A stretch of DNA of 64,000 nt, from NCBI GenBank assembly GCA_963817915.1, contig CAWFQL010000009.1, positions 1 through 64,000 on the forward strand, written 5' to 3'. Made by a program: the position numbers and the translations under genes. Origin of the DNA: an uncultured candidate division Zixibacteria bacterium. Lineage in GTDB: Bacteria; Zixibacteria; MSB-5A5; UBA10806. Shown here piece after piece: positions 30,870 through 41,184 of this stretch; position 1 is the first letter of the stretch, and each line of letters begins with the position of its first letter. The notes below the pieces were generated by a model, which was not told the origin of the DNA, did no database searches, and saw only the letters and a program-made list of their open reading frames with translations.

Positions 30870-31790
30870 ATGCTTGAATATGATATTGTAATAGTTGGCG
30901 CAGGACCGGGGGGATTGACGGCCGGTTTATATGCATCCAGGGCCAATAGAAAAACGATCGCCATAGAAAAGATGATCCCCGGCGGGGAGATTGTCAATAC
31001 AGAATTGGTCGAGGATTATCCCGGTTTCGAATCTATTGGCGGAGCCGAGCTTGCCAAGAAAATGGAAGATCACGCCAGAAAGTTCGGACTTGAGATCGCC
31101 AGTGACAATATTACCGAAATATATTCTGATGGCCGCTATAAAATTGCCAAAGGTGATTATGAGGAATATCGGGCGAAGGCGATAATTATCGCGACTGGCG
31201 GCCATCCGCGCAAACTCGGCATTCCCGGCGAGCTCGAACTGGCGGGCAAGGGAGTCTCGTATTGCGCAATCTGCGATGGCGCATTTTTCAAGAATCAGGA
31301 TATCGCTGTTGTCGGCGGGGGAGATGCCGCTGTGGAGGAAGGAGCATTCCTGACTAAATTTGGACGAAAGGTCTATTTGATTCATCGAAGAAATGAGCTT
31401 CGAGCCCAGAAATTAATTCAGGACAGGGCGTTCAAGAATGAAAAAATGGAATTTATCTGGGATAGCGTGCCCGAAAAAGTAAATGGCAAAAATAAGGTCG
31501 AATCGATAACGTTGAAAAATGTCAAAACCGGTGCTATTAAGGAATTGGCGGTCGGAGCGTTATTCCCATTTGTTGGTTTTGTCCCTAATTCAAATATTTT
31601 CAAAGAACCGATTAAAATGGACGAACTGGGATATATTATTACAGATCAAAATATGGAAACATCCATCAAAGGCATCTGGGCTATAGGCGATGTTCGCAAA
31701 CAGCTATGCAAACAGGTCACTAATGCTGTCGGAGATGGTACAACTGCCGCCGTAGCCGCCGATAAATATATCACCGCGTGGGAAGATTGA
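30870..31790 (+). CDS. trxB: Thioredoxin reductase
   Basis: GAGPGG, GVSYCAICDG, GGGDAAVEE, HRR and AIGD motifs. Confidence 0.95.
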   Translation: MLEYDIVIVGAGPGGLTAGLYASRANRKTIAIEKMIPGGEIVNTELVEDYPGFESIGGAELAKKMEDHARKFGLEIASDNITEIYSDGRYKIAKGDYEEYRAKAIIIATGGHPRKLGIPGELELAGKGVSYCAICDGAFFKNQDIAVVGGGDAAVEEGAFLTKFGRKVYLIHRRNELRAQKLIQDRAFKNEKMEFIWDSVPEKVNGKNKVESITLKNVKTGAIKELAVGALFPFVGFVPNSNIFKEPIKMDELGYIITDQNMETSIKGIWAIGDVRKQLCKQVTNAVGDGTTAAVAADKYITAWED

Positions 31791-31804
31791 TTGGCTATAA
31801 GCTA

Positions 31805-32686
31805 ATGATAAAAGACAAGGGCATTTCAAAACCACCGTGGCTGAAGATCAGGCCGCAGTTTAATGAGACTTATAGAGAGGTAAAAGACCTAATTACTGAG
31901 ATGCGGCTTCACACGGTCTGCCAGGAAGCTACCTGTCCGAATATCGGGCAATGCTTTTCTGCTCGGACTGCTACTTTTATCATTTTGGGAGATATTTGCA
32001 CAAGAGGCTGCCGTTTTTGTGATGTGAACAAGGGGCTTCCGGCAGAGTACGATTTGAGCGAGCCACGCCGAGTTTCCGAAGCCTGCATGCGCCTTAATCT
32101 ACGGCACGCGGTAATAACTTCAGTTACCAGGGACGATCTTGCCGATGGCGGCGCCGCGATTTTTGCCGAAACCACGAAGCTCATAAAGGCCAAGAATCCA
32201 TCGTGCGGAGTGGAGCTATTGATTTCCGATCTAATGGGGAATTTAGACGCGTTGGAGACTATTATTGACGCTAAGCCTGATATTCTCGCTCACAACCTGG
32301 AAACTGTCCCAAGGCTTTATAAAACTGTACGCCCCAAGGCATCATACGATCGTTCGCTCCAAATCCTTAAAGCATCCTCGCGCTATAATGAAAACGTGAT
32401 TGTTAAGACAAGCATAATGGTAGGCCTTGGAGAGACTGAAGATGAGGTTTTGGAGACAATTCAAGACTCGATCAATAATGGGTGCCGCATAATGACAATT
32501 GGACAGTATTTGAGGCCGTCGGAATGGCATCTTCCAATCGAGAAATATTATCCGCCAGAATGGTTCGAATCTATTAAAGCTCGGGGTGAATCTATGGGAA
32601 TGGCCCATATTGAAGCGGGACCATTAGTAAGAAGTTCATTTATGGCACATAAACAGATAGCCGATTTGCGCAAAAAACAATCATAA
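31805..32686 (+). CDS. lipA: Lipoyl synthase
   Basis: CQEATCPNIGQC and CTRGCRFC motifs, HNLETV, GPLVRSS. Confidence 0.96.
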   Translation: MIKDKGISKPPWLKIRPQFNETYREVKDLITEMRLHTVCQEATCPNIGQCFSARTATFIILGDICTRGCRFCDVNKGLPAEYDLSEPRRVSEACMRLNLRHAVITSVTRDDLADGGAAIFAETTKLIKAKNPSCGVELLISDLMGNLDALETIIDAKPDILAHNLETVPRLYKTVRPKASYDRSLQILKASSRYNENVIVKTSIMVGLGETEDEVLETIQDSINNGCRIMTIGQYLRPSEWHLPIEKYYPPEWFESIKARGESMGMAHIEAGPLVRSSFMAHKQIADLRKKQS

Positions 32687-32918
32687 AAAGGTGTAAAAAT
32701 TCGCCATCCTTTACATTCCCCTATAGGCATTTTCCGATTGCATTAATCTGCGTAGTCGAAATCGTTATTGTTCAATATATTTGAAGAATACATTCTTCAA
32801 ATTTGAATGTGTTTAGAATAGCATCCAAGTTATTGAACACGTTGCAATTTTGAAGTGCCCATTTTTTAGCTATTGATATCACTATCCGATAGAATTGATG
32901 AAGGTCATAGGAGGACTT

Positions 32919-34415
32919 TTGACTGATATAATTGCAGCAAAAATAAAATCCGCAGAGAAGAGCATTATTTTGATTGTCGACGATGAGCCTAATGTGCTCG
33001 AAGTTGTCAAGGAGATGCTCGAGCATGAGAATTTGGAAATTCTGGCCGCATATTCAGTGGCCGAAGCCAAGAGTATTATTTACAGGCAGAATATCAATAT
33101 TGTTCTAACCGATATGCTGCTGGGTGATGGCTCTGGAGTCGATTTATTAAAGGAGGCCAAGAAGATTCATCCTGAGTCGCAGGTAATATTAATGACCGGA
33201 CGGCCATCAATCCAAACCGCTATATCGGTTTTGAAATTGGGCGCTTATGATTATTTGATCAAGCCCTTCGGAATTGATACCCTGAAAATGACAATCAGGC
33301 GCGCTGAGGAAAAAATCAAATTAGAACGCGAAAATATTCATTTAAGAGAATTGATGTCATTTTACCAGATTTGCGAGGCGATGGGTTCAACAATCGAGCT
33401 TGACGACCTGTTGAGATTTATCTTAGACGCCGCAATGAAGGAATTCGAAGCCGATTTCGCGTCGCTGCATTTTATGTCGAGCGATGAGGAAAAAATCGAA
33501 CTAAAAGCCACAGCCGGCCTTGAGAATGATAAATTAAAACATCTGACAATCGATCACTGTCGAAATATCTCTATTGAAAGCGTAACTAAAAATGAACCGA
33601 TAATCTTCAACGATCCCGATATGGATTATACCTGGGGCGGCCAATCAATTAAATCATCGATCTGCCAGCTTCTGATGGCCAAGGGAAAGGTTCTCGGCAC
33701 ATTGGCGGTAGTCCGAATAAGCAATCCGCACCCATTCACTCAGGGGCAGCTAATAGGCTTAAGCTTACTGGCATCAAAGGCCGCGGCCGCGCTCGAAAAT
33801 TCGAATTTATATTCCAATCTAAAAACCGCTTATGTAGAGACTGTGGAATCTCTCGCCAACGCTATTGAAGCCCGCGATTCATATACGAGAGGTCATACCG
33901 AACGAGTATATATGATGGCCTGCTCTATCGCGGAGGAGCTTGGCTGGACAGTCGAAATGCTGGGCGATCTGAAAATGGGGGCGTTATTGCATGATATAGG
34001 CAAGATCGGAGTGCCCGATGCCATATTAAATAAAACCGCTTCGCTGACGCCTGAAGAGTTCTCGATTATGAAGATGCATCCAGAGGCCGGGGCAAGAATC
34101 GTAAATTCGATATCATTTCTTAAGCCGGCGCTCCCATATATTTTGTACCACCATGAACGGCACGATGGCAATGGCTATCCGTATGGACTGGCCGGAGAAA
34201 ATATACCAATGCCCGGCAGGCTGTTGGCGGTTGTAGATACGCTGGATGCGATTACGTCAGACCGGCCATATAGAAATGGTCGATCATTGGAAATCGCTAT
34301 AAAGGAAATATCACGTAATTCAGGAACCCAATTTCATCCGTTGGTTGCCCAGGCCTGCATTGAATCATTTAAAAAGGGCAAATTGAACTTCCTATTTGGT
34401 TCAGAATCCGCATAA
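32919..34415 (+). CDS. Response regulator REC-GAF-HD-GYP (probable cyclic-dinucleotide phosphodiesterase)
   Basis: LIVDDE/TD/KP receiver, central GAF-like region, HDIGK and HHERHDGNGYP; TTG start after GGAGGA. Confidence 0.88.
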   Translation: MTDIIAAKIKSAEKSIILIVDDEPNVLEVVKEMLEHENLEILAAYSVAEAKSIIYRQNINIVLTDMLLGDGSGVDLLKEAKKIHPESQVILMTGRPSIQTAISVLKLGAYDYLIKPFGIDTLKMTIRRAEEKIKLERENIHLRELMSFYQICEAMGSTIELDDLLRFILDAAMKEFEADFASLHFMSSDEEKIELKATAGLENDKLKHLTIDHCRNISIESVTKNEPIIFNDPDMDYTWGGQSIKSSICQLLMAKGKVLGTLAVVRISNPHPFTQGQLIGLSLLASKAAAALENSNLYSNLKTAYVETVESLANAIEARDSYTRGHTERVYMMACSIAEELGWTVEMLGDLKMGALLHDIGKIGVPDAILNKTASLTPEEFSIMKMHPEAGARIVNSISFLKPALPYILYHHERHDGNGYPYGLAGENIPMPGRLLAVVDTLDAITSDRPYRNGRSLEIAIKEISRNSGTQFHPLVAQACIESFKKGKLNFLFGSESA

Positions 34416-34448
34416 AAAAAAGCCCCCTGAAAATCTCAGGGGGCCTTT
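34416..34448. terminator. Bidirectional terminator
   Basis: A run, GCCCCCTGA...TCAGGGGGC stem, then TTT, between convergent genes. Confidence 0.8.
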
Positions 34449-34463
34449 ATAACTGTCAGAAAT

Positions 34464-37088
34464 TTATTTCAGCAATGTCATTTTTAATGTTTCGGATTTA
34501 TCGCCGATTCTGAGAGAGTAATAATATACTCCGGAGGCGACCACATTGCCATCCGAACCGCGACCATTCCAAATAATGCTGTACTGGCCGGGCTGATATG
34601 ATCCGTTTGCCAATATCGCGACTTTCTGGCCAACGATATTGTAAACAGAAAGTTCTACCATACTCTGCGCGGCAACATTAAATGAAATTTGAGTCTCGGC
34701 ATTGAATGGATTTGGATAGTTCTGACTCAAGCTATTTCTGGTTGGCATAACGGCGTTGTCACTGGTGGATGTCGGACTGACTAACACGTCAGCATTATCA
34801 ACATCACCATAGATAGCATCGACAGGGTTGACAATTTGACCCTCGCCATAGACTGAGAAAGCTGAGATCGCATAATTACCTGGATCCATGCTCTCAAAGT
34901 TGAAATAGCCATCGATATCAGTAGCAACGGCATCGACTATAACGCCGTTTTGTGACGCATATACAATGCTTCCGCCAGATTCAAAACCGCTGGCGATTAC
35001 TACTTGACCTGCGATTAATCTTGGGCCTTCACTTCTATGCGTCAGGGCGAAATTGATCCCGGTAGCATTCGGAGTGACCGGTGTCGCATCCTGGAAATGC
35101 TCGACATTATCATAGAATTCGCCAATATAACCGCGAGCGGCTGAAAATAGCTTGAAAGCAACTTGCGGCAATCTTTCGAATGCGTAGGCACCGGTGGAAT
35201 CCGTAAAGGCGTGCCTTACCTCCCAACGATGATGATCATCATTTCCGGGGCCGATTGCAACTACCATAGCGTTCGCGATTGGCGCCGCCGTGGAATCATC
35301 GGTAACAGTTCCCGAAATTGTGCCATTGAACGGCGGTGGTAGAGGATTAATAACTATATTAATGCCTGTCACATTTTGACCGTCCGCCACAACTACTGTA
35401 TCGGGATAAATGGTCGGTCGTGAATGCCTCTGGTGCACCATCAAACGGTATGAGCCCGGCATAACATGGTCAAATAAAAATGCCCCTATTGAGTCGGTTC
35501 TCGTATTTATGACGAAATGTCCTCTTGCCATGTTTCGTGCCTGGACAAGAGCATGTCCTACAGGATTCCCTAATGAATCCGATACTGTACCGGCTATGCT
35601 GCCGAAATTGATTGCGCCAAGAGCGAAATCAATTCCCTCTACAATCGCATTGGTAACAGTAACGTGCTGTGGATATTCCTGAGGAGTAAATCCTCTGGCT
35701 GTAGCTTGTACTACGTATTCTCCGGCTGGAGCCATTATAAAGTATGAGCCATCGGAATGAGTTCTGGCCATATGATGATTATGAGGATTGTTGACATCGA
35801 TAGCGTTAACCATGGCCTCATCGATTGGAAGGCTATCCGCGGCATTAGTAACGTGTCCGGAGATGCCTGTCGGAACCATTGGCGCAAGGGCGATATTGAT
35901 CCCTGTAACGCTATTGCTATCTATGACGATCGAATCTGGATATGTACCAGGATTGTATCTTTCCTTCATTGCACGAATCGTATAGGTATCCGAAATCAGA
36001 TGTTCAAAAATGTAAGTACCATCATCGTGGGTTTCCGCCATATGAACATTTCTTGGAAGAGTACCTATCGCCATGACTTCGGCGTCATCGATCGGCTGTG
36101 TAGTGACACTATCGGTAATCGTTCCAGCGATGGATCCGTAGTGCAAATCTTGTCTTTGCAGGAAAATATCAATACCGGTTAGAGTATTATTATTAACAAC
36201 GAGAGTCTCGGGATACGCTCCGGGCGCCCATCCAAATTTAGTCGCTCCCACCAAATAGGAGCCATTGGGTAATTCATGCAGGATGTAGGAACCGTCCATA
36301 TTGGAATGAGTCGAAAATGTGCCATGCTCGTTGCCAAGCAGGGTTGCGACCACAATTGCCATTCCAATACCATTTTCAGTCCCTTGTTCAAGAACTCGGC
36401 CTGAAATGCTGCCATTATCCTCGACCTCGACTGCGAGGCTAAAATCTATCCCGGTCGGATTCTGATCGGCACCGACAGTGACTACAGTCGCTTCGGTACG
36501 ATGTGCTACGTTGTTGTACCATTCCGGCAGAAAATGCATGGCTTCGGCTTTGACGTTGTAATCGCCATAAGGGACATGAAGAGTATATTGTCCGAGCGAA
36601 TCAGATATCGCATTTCCGATTGGGCGATCAAAATTAGCGGCGAATGCCATAACATGCGCAAAGGGTAGGGGAGTCATTACTCCATTGACCTCTCCCTGCA
36701 CGATTCCTGAAATTGTGCCACTTGGCGGGGCATGCAAGAGAAAATCAATACCTATCGGATTTTGACCGTCGGCAACCGTGACTACGGTAGCTTGAGATCT
36801 TTCGGGAACATTGTTGTACCACAATGGCAAAAAGTGCATCGCTTCAGCGTGCACATTGAAATCGCCATCGGGTACATGCATTACATAATTACCCATTGAA
36901 TCAGTCATAGCGTTACCGATAGGCCTATCCATGCCAACACGGAACGCACCTACATGGGCAAACGGCAGTGGGACATTCGATCCATTGATCTCCGCCAGCA
37001 CTGTACCCGATATGGTACCATCAAATTGCGCGAATGCGGCCGAAGTCAATAATAGGAATGCCACTGCGACACCAAACCACTTTTTCAT
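34464..37088 (-). CDS. Exported protein with eight carboxypeptidase-regulatory-like (Cna-B/transthyretin) repeats and T9SS/FlgD CTD
   Basis: Signal peptide; eight G-x-I-S/A-G-x-V repeats; C-terminal SQNYPNPFN..VYNIVGQKV..ASGVYYY..KMTLLK. Confidence 0.85.
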   Translation of the reverse strand: MKKWFGVAVAFLLLTSAAFAQFDGTISGTVLAEINGSNVPLPFAHVGAFRVGMDRPIGNAMTDSMGNYVMHVPDGDFNVHAEAMHFLPLWYNNVPERSQATVVTVADGQNPIGIDFLLHAPPSGTISGIVQGEVNGVMTPLPFAHVMAFAANFDRPIGNAISDSLGQYTLHVPYGDYNVKAEAMHFLPEWYNNVAHRTEATVVTVGADQNPTGIDFSLAVEVEDNGSISGRVLEQGTENGIGMAIVVATLLGNEHGTFSTHSNMDGSYILHELPNGSYLVGATKFGWAPGAYPETLVVNNNTLTGIDIFLQRQDLHYGSIAGTITDSVTTQPIDDAEVMAIGTLPRNVHMAETHDDGTYIFEHLISDTYTIRAMKERYNPGTYPDSIVIDSNSVTGINIALAPMVPTGISGHVTNAADSLPIDEAMVNAIDVNNPHNHHMARTHSDGSYFIMAPAGEYVVQATARGFTPQEYPQHVTVTNAIVEGIDFALGAINFGSIAGTVSDSLGNPVGHALVQARNMARGHFVINTRTDSIGAFLFDHVMPGSYRLMVHQRHSRPTIYPDTVVVADGQNVTGINIVINPLPPPFNGTISGTVTDDSTAAPIANAMVVAIGPGNDDHHRWEVRHAFTDSTGAYAFERLPQVAFKLFSAARGYIGEFYDNVEHFQDATPVTPNATGINFALTHRSEGPRLIAGQVVIASGFESGGSIVYASQNGVIVDAVATDIDGYFNFESMDPGNYAISAFSVYGEGQIVNPVDAIYGDVDNADVLVSPTSTSDNAVMPTRNSLSQNYPNPFNAETQISFNVAAQSMVELSVYNIVGQKVAILANGSYQPGQYSIIWNGRGSDGNVVASGVYYYSLRIGDKSETLKMTLLK

Positions 37089-37190
37089 ACTTGCCTTCCT
37101 CCAGAATTAGAGTTGATTATTTTCGGTTTTTCCAAATTCACTTGTAGTTTGACACGGTAGAAGTCCAGAAGTTTAATTTACTACAACAAA

Positions 37191-37218
37191 ATTATACCAT
37201 AACCCCCAACAATGTCAA
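37191..37218 (-). promoter_or_regulatory. Consensus sigma70 promoter
   Basis: Minus strand TTGACA-16-TATAAT with extended -10 TG. Confidence 0.7.
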
Positions 37219-37313
37219 CACATTAATACCTTAGCGGGTTCCCTAAAAAAGCAGCATGGCCCAATCCCGGGGTAATATCGAGTATCATCAAATGGTATCA
37301 AAGCCGATTTCAC

Positions 37314-37342
37314 TTGATAGATAGTGGTTACTCTTTTATACT
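37314..37342 (+). promoter_or_regulatory. Sigma70-type promoter of the MFS gene
   Basis: TTGATA-17-TATACT. Confidence 0.55.
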
Positions 37343-37458
37343 TGCAAAGTTTATGAAATTGATGGAGGGGTCAGACAGGTCGGTTTACAGCATATTAATC
37401 CTAATTAGAGAATCCAACTGGCGCAAAATTTATATTAATACAATCGATTCGGGAGGCT

Positions 37459-38937
37459 TTGATGAATGATTTTTTAACGAGTCTATTCACTTTCATTCCT
37501 CTGCTAATAGTTGTGTTGTATATTTATCGGGATATTTCCAGCGAAAATCCTGAAATTCGTCACACAAGCCAATTCAAAATGCGAAGGGTAGCCAATTGGC
37601 TGCCATTGGGCTTGGCATATGCATTCCTATATATGGCTCGGTATAATCTAACAGTTTCGAAAGTGGCACTTGGCGACCTTATGACAAAAGTTGATTTTGG
37701 TGTAATCTTCGGAACCGGCGCAATAGTATATGGATGCTCATTTTTGCTGAACGGTCCGTTGACTGATAGATTTGGAGGCAAACAGGCAATCTTAATTGGT
37801 GCATTCGGAGCAGCATTTGCCAATATCCTGATGGGGATTTTCCTATACGGGAAATTAATCTTGGGATGGTCGATGAATTTAACATTAGCGTTTATTATTT
37901 TATATTCATTGAATATGTATTTTCAAAGTTTTGGAGCGGTTGCTATCGTAAAGGTGAATGCAGCGTGGTTTCATGTCAGAGAAAGAGGGGTTTTTGGCGG
38001 TATTTTCGGTATTTTGATATCCTTGGGCCTGTTTTTCGCGTATGATTGGGGAAATGCCATCGTTGCTGCCACGAAATCGGTATCCAGCCCTGAGGATAAA
38101 TTAGGCTTTTTCCAAAATATAATAAGATCATTAACCGGGGCCGCCAATTCCCCGATTGATCAGACATGGTGGGTATTTTTTATCCCGGCCATAATTTTAA
38201 TAGCAATCAGCATTGTGAATATATTTGTGCTTCGTGATACGCCCAAAGAAGCTGGACATGAAAATTTCTACACGGCGGATGCCTCGGCGGGTGAAGATGA
38301 CAGACGCCTAAAATTGAGTGAAATAATTAAAAGGATTATATTCAATAAGGTAATTCTTATAATAGCCTTTATTGAATTTTGTACCGGTTTTTTAAGACAG
38401 GGTATTATGCAATGGTATCCTATCTATCTAAAAGATTTCATGAATTTCCCTTCGGACTATTTCATGAGAGAGCATTGGGGATTGGTGCTAATGGTCGCGG
38501 GCGTTTTTGGCGGAATGATTGCAGGTTGGATGTCGGATAAAATTTTCCATTCGCGTAGGGCTCCGGTAGCAGGGTTGCTTTATGCCTCAATGTTTATTTT
38601 GTGCATTTTCATGATATTTTTTGTAAAAGGCGATCAAACCATTTTGGGAGTTATAGCATTTGCCATGTCATTTTGTGTTATTGGGACACATGGTCTCCTC
38701 TCGGGAACATCTACAATGGACTTTGGTGGGACTAAGGCTGCCGGTACTGCTGTTGGTCTGATTGATGGCTTTGTCTATTTGGGAACCGGGCTTCAAGCTT
38801 ATATTCTGGGTCCTGTTACGACCAATGATTGGGCTGACTGGCCTAAAGTGCTCATTCCTCTTACAGTGATTGGATTTGTGCTTTCATTGGTAATCTGGAA
38901 AGCAATGCCTACCCCCAAAGCCAAAGCGGCCAATTAA
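37459..38937 (+). CDS. MFS transporter, GlpT/UhpC (organophosphate:Pi antiporter)-like
   Basis: YAFLYMARYN, NGPLTDRFG, WF..RERG and AGTAVGLIDGF.YLG motifs; 12 or more hydrophobic segments. Confidence 0.85.
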   Translation: MMNDFLTSLFTFIPLLIVVLYIYRDISSENPEIRHTSQFKMRRVANWLPLGLAYAFLYMARYNLTVSKVALGDLMTKVDFGVIFGTGAIVYGCSFLLNGPLTDRFGGKQAILIGAFGAAFANILMGIFLYGKLILGWSMNLTLAFIILYSLNMYFQSFGAVAIVKVNAAWFHVRERGVFGGIFGILISLGLFFAYDWGNAIVAATKSVSSPEDKLGFFQNIIRSLTGAANSPIDQTWWVFFIPAIILIAISIVNIFVLRDTPKEAGHENFYTADASAGEDDRRLKLSEIIKRIIFNKVILIIAFIEFCTGFLRQGIMQWYPIYLKDFMNFPSDYFMREHWGLVLMVAGVFGGMIAGWMSDKIFHSRRAPVAGLLYASMFILCIFMIFFVKGDQTILGVIAFAMSFCVIGTHGLLSGTSTMDFGGTKAAGTAVGLIDGFVYLGTGLQAYILGPVTTNDWADWPKVLIPLTVIGFVLSLVIWKAMPTPKAKAAN

Positions 38938-38957
38938 AAATAAATTTTAATCAATTT

Positions 38958-38993
38958 AAACTGCCTGGCCAACCTCGACCGGGCAGTTTTTTT
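38958..38993 (+). terminator. Rho-independent terminator
   Basis: AAACTGCCTGG...CCGGGCAGTTT followed by a T run. Confidence 0.75.
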
Positions 38994-39001
38994 ATCGACT
39001 G

Positions 39002-39243
39002 TCGCCCGCTTGCCACATCCGGCTTATAACCTTAAGCACTTTCTATATAATTACTTGTCCCGAGTTCGAAAACGGGTATTTCTAAATATAAATAGCCGGA
39101 TGCGCGATGATATCGCACGGGCGAAATTATAATTGAAATATGATTTTGATGAAATAAATGCTTTATCGAAAAATTGTCCGAAGGGAAATGCTTGGCGCGA
39201 TATCATCGTGTGTCCGCCTGAGGCGGACATGGCAAGCGGGCGA
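39002..39243. repeat. REPIN/MITE-like nested inverted repeat
   Basis: TCGCCCGCTTGCCA[CATCCGGC..GCCGGATG]CGCGATGATATCGC ... GCGATATCATCGTG[TGTCCGCC-TGA-GGCGGACA]TGGCAAGCGGGCGA. Confidence 0.75.
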
Positions 39244-39267
39244 AAAGGGGGAATTCGCGATATCGGG

Positions 39268-40014
39268 TTACTTTTTATCCCAGGCCTTTATTAAATCCAT
39301 ATAATCTTGTATTCGATAAGCGCGGTCACTTAGCGGATATTCCGATGAATGCGGCGAAATATATAATACAGGTATGGCATCCGGGAGATTGCCGGCAATA
39401 TAATCAAGTTCTCGAGGTTCATTGTCGAATATCGCGACTACTTCTTTGGAAGAGGCCAGTTTTTCGGCGGCGTCGCGTTTGAATTCGGCGTTGGAGTATT
39501 CTTTCAATGGTTTCATGAGAATTCCGAGATCGCCATCATAAAAGGGGAATCCGTTTTTGATAATGGACGCTTTGGTGCCGAGATACATGCCATTTCGATG
39601 GCGGCCTGTCAGATAGGATATGACGACCCCCGCGTCAGTGAGCCTTTGAACGAACTCGCAGGAATATTTCATTGCCTTATCAGCCCAAAGGTATTGATCG
39701 GTAAAAAATCTATCATCCCAATCTTTAAGGAATGCTTCTTTGACTTGCTGGTCGTCGATAGCCATATCATCCAGTAAATTATTCAGCCAATAGGGGAAGT
39801 CATCCAGATCCAGTGATTCGATATTTTTGATGGTTGATTCGGGGATTTTAGGTACCATTCTGGCAGCATCGATCAAAATCTGTTTGGTTCTTGGAAAATA
39901 ATAGATCAGCGTCCCATCTAAATCGAATACGGCGCGCGGTGTCCGCCCCTCCGCCTTTTTAGCTTCGATTTTATGTTTCAGGTCGGCAATCAGTTTTTCG
40001 AATTTATTAGTCAT
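39268..40014 (-). CDS. HAD-superfamily phosphatase
   Basis: VFDLDGT motif I, YLTGR motif II, FK motif III and FDN motif IV. Confidence 0.85.
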   Translation of the reverse strand: MTNKFEKLIADLKHKIEAKKAEGRTPRAVFDLDGTLIYYFPRTKQILIDAARMVPKIPESTIKNIESLDLDDFPYWLNNLLDDMAIDDQQVKEAFLKDWDDRFFTDQYLWADKAMKYSCEFVQRLTDAGVVISYLTGRHRNGMYLGTKASIIKNGFPFYDGDLGILMKPLKEYSNAEFKRDAAEKLASSKEVVAIFDNEPRELDYIAGNLPDAIPVLYISPHSSEYPLSDRAYRIQDYMDLIKAWDKK

Positions 40015-40120
40015 AACACCCCTTGTTTAAATAATGCAATTTCAATATAAATACTTAATATCGAATTTACAATTAAAAACATTGACGATATCGTCGGGAT
40101 TATTTAAATTGGACGCCGAT

Positions 40121-40681
40121 ATGATAACCGCGCCGTGGACGATATGGATTACCGGACTTTCCGGATCAGGGAAATCAACAATCTCGAAAAAGCTCATTGA
40201 GCTAATGAATCATAATAATGATAAAGTCGAATATCTCAGGCTCGATGAAATGCGCCAGGTTCTGACTCCCAATCCCGTATTTTCTAAGGAAGAAAGAGAA
40301 TATGTGTATCGGGCCTCCGCTTATACCGCGAAAGTCCTAAACGCGCATTCTATTAATGTCATAATCGATTCGGTCGATGGGGAGGGGACAGGCCGTACCG
40401 TGTGCCGGAATTTGATCCCTAATTTTAGTGTGATTTATGTACAATGCCCGCTGGAAGTATGTATTGAACGGGAGACTGTGCGTACCGATCGCGCCAAGAT
40501 TGAGAAGCTTTACGAGCGGGCCATACAGGGCGAATTGAAGATTGCTGGCTATGGCAAGCCCTACGTATATGAATCGATGCCATTATTAGTGATTGAATCA
40601 GATAAGTTGTCAGCAGATGAGTCCGCCAAATTGATTTTTAATGCGATCTGCTCCGGCAGGCAAGCCAAATCGAATCAGTAA
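40121..40681 (+). CDS. Adenylyl-sulfate kinase-like P-loop kinase
   Basis: IWITGLSGSGKST, YVQCPLEVCIERE, LYERA..G and YVYE motifs. The CysC LDGD motif is diverged (RLDEMR). Confidence 0.7.
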   Translation: MITAPWTIWITGLSGSGKSTISKKLIELMNHNNDKVEYLRLDEMRQVLTPNPVFSKEEREYVYRASAYTAKVLNAHSINVIIDSVDGEGTGRTVCRNLIPNFSVIYVQCPLEVCIERETVRTDRAKIEKLYERAIQGELKIAGYGKPYVYESMPLLVIESDKLSADESAKLIFNAICSGRQAKSNQ

Positions 40682-40723
40682 CTTTCGGTAATTTTACCTT
40701 ACATATTCATTATAAAAAAACTG

Positions 40724-40752
40724 TTGACAAATATAATTAATTAGCGCATATT
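40724..40752 (+). promoter_or_regulatory. Candidate sigma70 promoter giving a ~430-nt leader to the giant surface-protein gene
   Basis: TTGACA-17-CATATT. Confidence 0.45.
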
Positions 40753-41184
40753 TGGTTCAGGCAATATGAAGGCTTTATTCTTCAGCCTTGACGCTTACTT
40801 TTAATGCCGAAAGCAGTAACTGATTAGTTGGAAATTGAGATGTCAATAATTGACAACTTGTCCAAAGGCCGCCTAATGCTTGTGAAAAAAAGCTCATATA
40901 CTTCAGTAAATACTTCAATTACTATTTTTCAAATTATTGGCCATAGTTTCAATGCTAGAAGGAGAAGTCTATAGCATAATCCTCATAATTTGTTAACTGG
41001 ATTTTGCGAAAACTTAATATTTTATCATTAAGGCTATTATAAACATTTGGCTCATTAAGAAAGGTCGGCTAAGAAGATAAGTTTAATTGTCGAAATTAAG
41101 AAAAGAAAAAGAATTTCAAAGAAATCAGGAAAAAAGTTAATGGCGCTTTTAAAGAAATTAAATTTTACTTTTAAGGGAGAGTCT

